Source: Bdellovibrionales bacterium
GTDB lineage: Bacteria; Bdellovibrionota; Bdellovibrionia; Bdellovibrionales; Bdellovibrionaceae
Length of the DNA: 22,917 nucleotides
Direction: 5' to 3'
NCBI GenBank assembly: GCA_031370005.1
Contig: JANMPT010000030.1
Coordinates: forward strand, 1 to 22,917
Every line of letters starts with the position of its first letter. The stretch's first letter is position 1. Position numbers and translations under genes: made by a program. Of this stretch, positions 16,127 to 22,917 are shown piece after piece. The notes beneath the pieces were generated by a model. That model was not told the origin of the DNA, searched no databases, and saw only the letters and a program-made list of their open reading frames with translations.

Positions 16127-17423
16127 AAAGTTAAGAATAGTTGAGAACGAAAATTTTTATACTTGGCTGACGCTGCTTTTTCTTTTGGGTCAATGGATTA
16201 TTATTAGTATAACTGCGGTTAATGTGCCAGCGGGTGATGAGTGGGAAAGCTTAAATGCCAGTGCTCTTCCGAGTGGTTTTAGTTTTAAATATTTATTTGC
16301 ATTTCATAATGAGCACAGAATTGTTTTTACAAAGTTATTAAATTATATTTTCTTCTATCTTACTGCCTGGAATATTTCTTATCAGATAATATTTAACTAT
16401 CTTATATATTCCTTGATTGTCGTTTTTTTTATTTTTTTTCAAAAGAAAGCTATTTTAGGAGCAACAAAGGGTCTTTGGATTCTGCCTTTTTTCTTAACTT
16501 CGCCATTGCTTGTTGATAATCACAATTGGGCGATTCAATCCTGCTTTCATTTTTGTGTCCTCTTTGGTGTCTTGGGAATATTCTTTGCAACAAGTGAGCG
16601 CTTGCGGAGCGTTCACTTTTGGATTGCGGGACTTTTAGGTATTTTTTCCATGTTTTCGTTTGCTGCAGGTGGTTTTTTTACTCTGACGATATTTTTGGTC
16701 CTTTTTTATAGATTACTGGTTGGCCAGGGGAAGTCGATCTGGGAGTGGGTTGCACAAGCGCTTGGGGTCCTTGCCCTGATTGCAGGAATTGGCGCTTGGT
16801 TTATCGGCTTTCATAGTCAGAAAGAGCAACCTGTATTTACGTGGCCTTATAAATTTGATTTTTGGTATTTTTACGGAAATTTGATTTCATTTGGGTTTGG
16901 CTTTAAGTCTGTAAATGTCGTCATTGCTTTTTTATCCTTGGGCTTAGTCCTATTCGTTCTTTGGAAAAATTTTAAAGAATCTTTTTCATTTAGACAGCAC
17001 TATGTGTCTTTTGGTTTTTTTGGATCAATAGCTGTGCTCGGGGCTTTTGTATCCATTACCTTAGCGCGCACAGGCTATGGAATTGGACAGGCCAAAACCT
17101 CTCGCTATGCTGAGATTGGAATTTTATTGGTGCTTTTTACTGGTTGGCTTTTATGGAGACTGTCTAAGCAAACACCAAAGTATCTGCGGGTTTTTAAGTA
17201 TTTTATCTGGTTTGTCTTTATTGGTTTTTCTGCAGATTATTCTTATTCAAAGTATTTCACTGTGGCAGAGGATAGAAAAGAAGGTCTTAACTGTATCTCA
17301 AAATATTATTCCGGGAAAAATAAGACGGGAGACTGCCCTATGCTTTATCCAGGTCCATTGGGTGAGCGCCTTGAGCTTGCTAAAAAGCTGAAACTGTCTT
17401 GGGTTCCCAAAGAATACCGATAG
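16119..17423 (+). CDS. Polytopic membrane protein, possible GT-C-fold glycosyltransferase
   Basis: About 11-12 hydrophobic segments. An acidic 'GDEW' motif follows TM1, then HNEHRI, and SRY appears late in the protein. AT-rich and overlaps the asnB stop codon. Function is inferred. Confidence 0.6.
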   Translation: MFKKLRIVENENFYTWLTLLFLLGQWIIISITAVNVPAGDEWESLNASALPSGFSFKYLFAFHNEHRIVFTKLLNYIFFYLTAWNISYQIIFNYLIYSLIVVFFIFFQKKAILGATKGLWILPFFLTSPLLVDNHNWAIQSCFHFCVLFGVLGIFFATSERLRSVHFWIAGLLGIFSMFSFAAGGFFTLTIFLVLFYRLLVGQGKSIWEWVAQALGVLALIAGIGAWFIGFHSQKEQPVFTWPYKFDFWYFYGNLISFGFGFKSVNVVIAFLSLGLVLFVLWKNFKESFSFRQHYVSFGFFGSIAVLGAFVSITLARTGYGIGQAKTSRYAEIGILLVLFTGWLLWRLSKQTPKYLRVFKYFIWFVFIGFSADYSYSKYFTVAEDRKEGLNCISKYYSGKNKTGDCPMLYPGPLGERLELAKKLKLSWVPKEYR

Positions 17424-17426
17424 GAC

Positions 17427-17816
17427 TTAGTGCAGGGATTGAGGCGCAATGAGATAAAACTCAGGAACTTCAATTGTGAAGGAATCGCCCTCTTCACTAA
17501 TCATTTGATAGCTACCCTTCATTGTTCCAGAAGAAGTGCTCAAAGGACAGGCGCTTTCGTATTCAAAACTTTGACCAGAGTTTATTTTTGGCTGCAAACC
17601 GATGACTCCAGGGCCGCGAACATCCTCAGTGCGTCCGAGTCCATCTGTGATAATCCAATGTCGACTCATTAGCTGCGCTGAGCGGGAACCTGTGTTTTTA
17701 ATGCTTATTTTATAAGCAAAGAAATAATAGTTTTCCTCTGGGCGAGACTCCGCAGGAACATATGCAGTTGTTACGATTACTTGAATATGAGGGGTCATTA
17801 ACTTCTGAATTGGCAT
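17427..17816 (-). CDS. apaG: ApaG protein
   Basis: YFFAYKISIKN.G...AQLMSRHWIITDG.G..EDVRGPGVIGLQP...FEYES.CPL.T..GTMKGSYQM motif. Confidence 0.95.
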   Translation of the reverse strand: MPIQKLMTPHIQVIVTTAYVPAESRPEENYYFFAYKISIKNTGSRSAQLMSRHWIITDGLGRTEDVRGPGVIGLQPKINSGQSFEYESACPLSTSSGTMKGSYQMISEEGDSFTIEVPEFYLIAPQSLH

Positions 17817-17837
17817 AACGTCAACAGAATAAGAGCT

Positions 17838-18872
17838 TCAGGTGGCCGGGTCAATCATCAGATTCTCAATTTCAAAAACAATAGGGTAGTGATCGGATGG
17901 AAGTCTTAGTTTGGCATCCAATGTCATTGGAATACCCAAATCCATGTTGAACTCATCTTTATACCGATAGATGAAGGCACTTTTGGCTTTGAGGTATTTT
18001 TGCAGCGAGCTTGAAAGAAAACAAAAATCAATCTGTCGACCTTCAGTTCTATTGCTAGAACGCACTTGATAGAAGCTTGCCCTATCTTCAATGCTGAGTG
18101 CCATTAACTCAAGAACATCTTTAAGATCTGTTTTCTCATTTAGCGCCTGAAACTCTTCGTCACGACTGGCATTTCCGTTGAAGTCGCCAACGACTATGAC
18201 AGGAGTCTGTGGGTGCTGTTCTGTAAACTCTTTATAGATTTCAACTAAAGTAAGAAGCTCTGCTTGGCGGCGCTGGAAGCCTCCGGGGTCAATTCCTTCC
18301 GGATCTAAACGTGATTTTAAGTGAGTTAGTAAAATTCCTAAAAAAGGTTTTTCTACATCTTTCTTAAATAGTCGAAGTTCTGCCACATCGCGCGAAAATT
18401 TGTGACTGGTAAGTGGGGACTTTACTGAGCCTGTCGGATAATTGTTTTTAATGGATTCCCGCTCGTGGGGGTAGAGATAATTTATTAGTCGGTTTTTATT
18501 GGATTGTAGGTCGAAGTAAAAAGGCATGTTTTTACGAATTAAAAAACCCACGTCAATATGACGGTTTGAGTTTCCCTCGGTGAGAACTGGGGAGTAAGTA
18601 CCACCTAAGAAGAGCTCATTGAAATTTTTAAGAGATTCAAAGCCTCCCACTTCGCAGAGCATGATAATGTCGGCATTAATGTCTTTAAATGTTTTGGCGA
18701 GCTCAAGGCATTTCCTTAGGGGCTTATTCTCAATGCTGGATGAGGACAGGCGTTGCCACCTCGTTTCATCGAGTTTTAGGGCTTCCGCGCTAGGAATCAC
18801 GTCAAATGACAAAAAGAGATTTTCAGTATTGAGAAAACAAAATTTGAGATTTGTGGTCTCTGTCCATGTCAT
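17838..18872 (-). CDS. Endonuclease/exonuclease/phosphatase (EEP) family protein
   Basis: NTENLF, LCEV, THLKS, VGDFN, QIDF and LPSDHYPI catalytic motifs. Confidence 0.88.
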   Translation of the reverse strand: MTWTETTNLKFCFLNTENLFLSFDVIPSAEALKLDETRWQRLSSSSIENKPLRKCLELAKTFKDINADIIMLCEVGGFESLKNFNELFLGGTYSPVLTEGNSNRHIDVGFLIRKNMPFYFDLQSNKNRLINYLYPHERESIKNNYPTGSVKSPLTSHKFSRDVAELRLFKKDVEKPFLGILLTHLKSRLDPEGIDPGGFQRRQAELLTLVEIYKEFTEQHPQTPVIVVGDFNGNASRDEEFQALNEKTDLKDVLELMALSIEDRASFYQVRSSNRTEGRQIDFCFLSSSLQKYLKAKSAFIYRYKDEFNMDLGIPMTLDAKLRLPSDHYPIVFEIENLMIDPAT

Positions 18873-18929
18873 AACTTACATTGTAGGAAAAATCGTGACA
18901 GAATCTCAAACTAAATCTAGGGGTGACAC

Positions 18930-20423
18930 ATGCGATTTAAATCTTGGTTAGATAGTTTTATAATTGGTCGGGAACCTAAAAGCAAAAGTACAAGTATTGG
19001 TTATGTTTACTATTTAGGCGCAAATGACAGGAATAAATTTCTATCTTTGACAGAAGAGCATGCGCTGAACTGGCAACTGGTTGATCTCAAAAAGAACGAG
19101 CGCGAGATGGTCTTTTTTGTTGGCGTTAATGGACCAGTTTGGATCATTCGACCACGCCGAAAATCAGAATCTGCACAGCATCAGGGATTGTTGGAGGAAT
19201 CTGACTACGCATTTAGCCGTGATTTGTTTGGTGGCTTGCTGGGGCATTTTAAGGCCCATGCCCTTGCTCAGGTACGTCTTGAGTATATTGGTACTGATTT
19301 CGAATACGAATTGGGCTCTCTGGTCGGGCTGGAAGTGTCCTCATATAGCTTCCGCCAAGTTTTTGAAGAGAAATCGCCGGAATGGCCTGAGGTTTATGTT
19401 TTAAAAAGCCTTGGCGAATTTGACAAAAGCACTCTTCATCAGGCCCAGGCCCGTGCCATGGCCGTGAATGTGGCTCGTCACCTGGTGAATTTGCCTCCAA
19501 ACATATTGACGCCCAAAGCTTTCGTGGATTTTGCAAAAAAATTAGGACTTCCAATTTCTATGAAAATTGCCGTATGGGATACGATTCGTTTGAAAAAGGA
19601 AAAAATGGAATTGCTCCTGGCCGTGGGGAGAGGCGCAGAGTTTGGTCCATACTTACTTCATATCAAATATCGCCCGACTAAAAAAACTTCTTTAAAGCCC
19701 ATTGCCTTTGTGGGTAAGGGGATTACTTTTGATTCGGGGGGGCTAGATATCAAGTCATCTTCCGCAATGAGACTCATGAAAAAAGATATGGGAGGCGCCG
19801 CCAGTGTTCTTGCATTGGCCTCTTGGGTTGCAGATATTAAGTATCCAGGCCCCTGTGATTTTTATATCGCCTTAGCTGAAAACTCCGTGGATGCAAAAGC
19901 CTTTCGTCCAGGTGATATTTTAATGGCCCGCAATGGTCTCAGGGTGGAAATTGATAATACGGATGCAGAAGGTCGCTTGGTTCTGGCAGATGCTCTGGAT
20001 GTAGCAGTTACACAAAAAGGTGCGGATGAGCCAGAGGCCGTGATCAATGTAGCAACTCTTACTGGGGCCATCAAAGTGGGCCTCGGGGCAGAAATTGCAG
20101 GCCTATTTAGTAACGATGATGAACTTGCAGATTCATTAAATACTGCAGGCTATAGAGCTGGTGATCTCAATTGGCGGATGCCTCTTTACAATAAATACTT
20201 CAATGATCTGTCTTCCCCATTTGCGGATTTTAAAAATTCTGGTGAAGGTTTTGGCGGTGCAATCACTGCAGCGCTTTTTCTGCAAAAATTCGTTCGCGGG
20301 AAGAAATGGGCTCATTTAGATGTATACTCTTGGGCGGACAAAGCCCATGGCGGCTTGACTGCTCAAAGTGGGAATGGCCAGCCAGTGCAGGCATTGATAG
20401 AATATCTAGAGTCGAGAATATAG
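18930..20423 (+). CDS. M17 leucyl aminopeptidase (PepA/PepB family)
   Basis: VGKGITFDSGGLDIK, MKKDMGGAA, NTDAEGRLVLAD, ATLTGA and WAHLD motifs. Confidence 0.95.
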   Translation: MRFKSWLDSFIIGREPKSKSTSIGYVYYLGANDRNKFLSLTEEHALNWQLVDLKKNEREMVFFVGVNGPVWIIRPRRKSESAQHQGLLEESDYAFSRDLFGGLLGHFKAHALAQVRLEYIGTDFEYELGSLVGLEVSSYSFRQVFEEKSPEWPEVYVLKSLGEFDKSTLHQAQARAMAVNVARHLVNLPPNILTPKAFVDFAKKLGLPISMKIAVWDTIRLKKEKMELLLAVGRGAEFGPYLLHIKYRPTKKTSLKPIAFVGKGITFDSGGLDIKSSSAMRLMKKDMGGAASVLALASWVADIKYPGPCDFYIALAENSVDAKAFRPGDILMARNGLRVEIDNTDAEGRLVLADALDVAVTQKGADEPEAVINVATLTGAIKVGLGAEIAGLFSNDDELADSLNTAGYRAGDLNWRMPLYNKYFNDLSSPFADFKNSGEGFGGAITAALFLQKFVRGKKWAHLDVYSWADKAHGGLTAQSGNGQPVQALIEYLESRI

Positions 20424-20428
20424 CGGCA

Positions 20429-21151
20429 CTATTTGGCTTTGCTTGCTACATAGGCTTTCTGCAGTGATTTTCGGATGTGGGTAAGAATATCAGGAGTTAC
20501 GCCCACAAAATAAAAGCTATTTATAAATTGATCTTTAAAACCCGGATGTTCCTGACAGTCATAGCAGCGTCCAAGCACAGCACCTTTGTCTAAGCCACCT
20601 TCTGCAAAGGAGGGGGAGTAAAGGATGACCATTTCTTTAAGCGCTATTTTCTGACTCGATCGTAGTTTACAATCAAACTCACTGAGCTCTTCAAGAAATC
20701 CAGGTTTGGCTAAGTCTGAAGGCTCACTTAGTTTCATTGAATAGACCTGACGAAGATCTTTATTTCTTTTTCCAGTGGTATAGATAACGAATTTTTCAAT
20801 GATCAGGGGCTTATCTGGAGGATTTATAATATAATCCACGAAGCCACCTTCGATGATTTTCAGAATTTTTGCAGGGCTCCGTTCGTCACCCATCAAAATA
20901 AATGGTGCACGAACCTGAGGATATTTTTTTTGAAAAGTAGCGAGCCATTCAGTCGGCCCCTTATCCATCATGACGTGTTCGACAAAAACAAGATCAAAAT
21001 TAAATGCAGTGAGCAGTTCTTCTATTTTTTTTATATCAGAGGCCTGAGTAAGGCTATGGATCTCCGCCGCATCGGCTTTGCGATTTAAAAAAAAGCTTTC
21101 CAATATTTTAGGAAGACGATCGTCAGTGCCGTAGTACAATACTGCTGCCAT
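20429..21151 (-). CDS. Receiver-like domain protein (probable pseudo-receiver) with a C-terminal domain possibly PilZ-like
   Basis: The N-terminal alpha/beta pattern (FDLVFVE..M, PFILM, GFVDYIINPP) matches the REC fold. The C-terminal half is beta-rich. Confidence 0.6.
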   Translation of the reverse strand: MAAVLYYGTDDRLPKILESFFLNRKADAAEIHSLTQASDIKKIEELLTAFNFDLVFVEHVMMDKGPTEWLATFQKKYPQVRAPFILMGDERSPAKILKIIEGGFVDYIINPPDKPLIIEKFVIYTTGKRNKDLRQVYSMKLSEPSDLAKPGFLEELSEFDCKLRSSQKIALKEMVILYSPSFAEGGLDKGAVLGRCYDCQEHPGFKDQFINSFYFVGVTPDILTHIRKSLQKAYVASKAK

Positions 21152-21193
21152 GAGATATTATTTAATAATAGTAAAGAGAGGGCAAGGCTAGAT

Positions 21194-22318
21194 CTATTTG
21201 GTCAACCTTACTTTTTTTTCAGGGTCAAAGATATCTGAATTGAGGGCTAAATTTTCGTCACGGCTTTCGGTTACAAATCGAGGAATAGCACCCGTGGAAA
21301 CAAGCCCCTTGTTATGCTCGTACTTGAAAATTTCGCGAGTCAGATAGGAGTCCTTATCACGGCCATAGATTTCAAGAATCTCCACCACCTGGCGTTTGCC
21401 ATCGACAGAACGATCAACTTGAACGATTAAATTAATGGTGTTTGCAATATCCATTTGAATCATAGAAAGCGGGGCCTCAATACCTGAGCGTAAAACCATG
21501 GATTCTAAGCGGCGAAGTGCATCCATAGCGGAATTTGCGTGGACTGTGGTGAGGCTGCCTTCATGGCCGGTATTCATAGCCATGAGCATATCCATAGCCT
21601 CGGCCCCGCGACACTCACCAATTACAATGCGATCAGGGCGCATACGAAGGGCGTTTTTGAGTAAGTTCTCCATGGTAATGGCCGGTTCAGAGCCGACAGC
21701 AGGCTTGGTTTCCATACGGACAATATTTTTGACACTAAGTCTGAGCTCGGCGGTATCTTCGAGAGTCACAACCCGTTCGTGATCACCGACAAATGAACTT
21801 AAGACATTTAGAAGAGTGGTTTTACCGCTACCGGTGCCGCCGCTGATAACAATATTTTGTTTTGCATAGACTGCTCGATTTAAAAAATAAACCGCTTTGT
21901 CATCGATGGAGCCTTTTTTTAAAAGTTCATGATAACTGATCACACTGTCGGAGGCCTTTCGAATGGTGATGGTGGGGCCATCAAGGGCGATCGGGGGGAC
22001 GACAAGATTTAAACGAGAGCCATCGGGCAGACGAGCATCCAAGCAAGGAAAGCGACGGTTGAGCTCCTTGCCCACGGCTACCGCTAAGGCGCGCACTAGA
22101 CGCGCCAGCGCTTCGGCATTTTTAAAATGATGTTCAGCCTCAGCAATGATGCCGTTTCTTTCGACGAAAACACGATCCCAGCGGTTCACCATAATTTCAG
22201 TGACAGACTTGTCATTAAGATAAATCTTAATAGGTCCAGCTTCTGACTTCCAATCAGAGCTGACAATATCAAAGGGGCCAGCAAGGATAGCGGCGGTATA
22301 ATTTGGATCGTCTTTCAT
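21194..22318 (-). CDS. cpaF: CpaF/TadA-family secretion/pilus assembly ATPase
   Basis: EIMVN, DARLPDGSRLN, Walker A GGTGSGKTT, EDTAEL, LRMRPDRIVIGECRG (Walker B) and AMNTGHEGSLTTVHANS (His box). Confidence 0.92.
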   Translation of the reverse strand: MKDDPNYTAAILAGPFDIVSSDWKSEAGPIKIYLNDKSVTEIMVNRWDRVFVERNGIIAEAEHHFKNAEALARLVRALAVAVGKELNRRFPCLDARLPDGSRLNLVVPPIALDGPTITIRKASDSVISYHELLKKGSIDDKAVYFLNRAVYAKQNIVISGGTGSGKTTLLNVLSSFVGDHERVVTLEDTAELRLSVKNIVRMETKPAVGSEPAITMENLLKNALRMRPDRIVIGECRGAEAMDMLMAMNTGHEGSLTTVHANSAMDALRRLESMVLRSGIEAPLSMIQMDIANTINLIVQVDRSVDGKRQVVEILEIYGRDKDSYLTREIFKYEHNKGLVSTGAIPRFVTESRDENLALNSDIFDPEKKVRLTK

Positions 22319-22326
22319 GATAATAA

Positions 22327-22354
22327 AAGTCGGAAGTTCTTTGCATCAACTTGA
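22327..22354 (-). promoter_or_regulatory. Possible sigma28 (FliA)-type promoter for cpaF
   Basis: The minus strand reads TCAAG-ttgatgcaaagaact-TCCGACTT, 8 nt before the ATG. Compare the consensus TAAA-N15/16-GCCGATAA. The match is partial. Confidence 0.35.
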
Positions 22355-22859
22355 TTATTTTCTGAATTATCCAGCAATTCCGTATGAATCATTTTAGACG
22401 TAGCCAGACTTTGATGGGGTTTGTGCCATTTTGAGAAGAAGTGATTTAAATTTTTCCAACCAGAACAGTTGGGAGAGCTCACTGAGCGTCCACATCATCA
22501 CGCACGATGGGCTCGAATTACATTGCCAGAGAGTAGCTTACGGAAATATTGGTAACACTTGCCAGCAGTTGCCCTTGATAATAACAAATATCACCACTGC
22601 TGAGGATTTTACTTAAACACTTTTCACATTGAATCTTTTTGCTGCTTATCTGTCCTGTGCCATCTAAGACAGTCAGCTCATGGCGGTCAAATAGTTTTTA
22701 GCCCAGCCAGAATTTTTTCACGTAATAGATCATTCAAACTTTTAGTGCTGACAGCTTGCAAACTATTCACTGTGGGCCCATCTGGCTTGTTAGTATCACC
22801 TAAAAATAATTGACATCGCTACCTAATGATTATAAACCCCAGCAAGGAAGTTGGTTCAG

Positions 22860-22917
22860 ATGAAAAAAGCACGGGCAAAAAGACATAGAAAATCCAAAGC
22901 CGCTCAGCTGTCGCTGT
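22860..22917 (+). CDS. Partial ORF (5' end) with a basic N-terminus
   Basis: ATG at 22860 stays open to the window edge: MKKARAKRHRKSKAAQLSL. AAGGAAG lies upstream and TTGACA is at 22810-22815. Confidence 0.45.
   Translation, partial: MKKARAKRHRKSKAAQLSL

Noticed and set aside
16421..16445. Poly-T tracts as a phase-variation switch
   Set aside because: The runs are only about 8 nt and encode Phe-rich TM segments in an AT-rich gene. The frame is intact.
4169..21782. Numerous short ORFs overlapping recognised genes (for example 4169-4414, 4515-4790, 4851-5321, 7316-7594, 9232-9567, 9931-10263, 18619-18951, 19081-19404, 21498-21782)
   Set aside because: They are antisense or alternate-frame shadows of conserved genes and have no recognisable motifs.
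22431..22616. 61-aa ORF in the cpaF upstream region
   Set aside because: TTG start with no RBS and no recognisable features. I also found no convincing structured RNA in this intergenic region by eye.

Overview
This looks like bacterial chromosomal DNA. The gene set suggests a Bdellovibrionota-like or deltaproteobacterial organism, which is an inference. From left to right it holds: (1) the 3' end of a probable Y1/HUH (IS200/RAYT-like) transposase; (2) a probably exported seven-bladed RCC1/BLIP-II-like beta-propeller built from seven near-identical 150-bp tandem units, with amino-acid variation concentrated in a few loop codons; (3) an acidic hypothetical protein; (4) an accessory islet with an Xre/MbcA-RES toxin-antitoxin pair converging on a 'mobile mystery protein A/B' pair whose Fic gene is truncated, each pair preceded by palindromic operator-like sites; (5) the mreC-mreD-mrdA-rodA operon without mreB; (6) a PpiD-like chaperone and a degenerate QueD/PTPS-like gene; (7) a surface-glycan islet (dideoxyhexose reductase-like SDR, GT2, O-antigen ligase family, AsnB-type amidotransferase, polytopic membrane protein); (8) apaG, an EEP nuclease/phosphatase, an M17 aminopeptidase, a pseudo-receiver protein and an orphan CpaF/TadA ATPase; and (9) the start of another ORF at the right edge. 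The most interesting candidate is the repeat-amplified, mosaic, site-hypervariable propeller gene. The tandem TAGAC-N15-GTCTA operators upstream of mobile mystery protein A come second. No reverse transcriptase, CRISPR array, tRNA or rRNA was seen.
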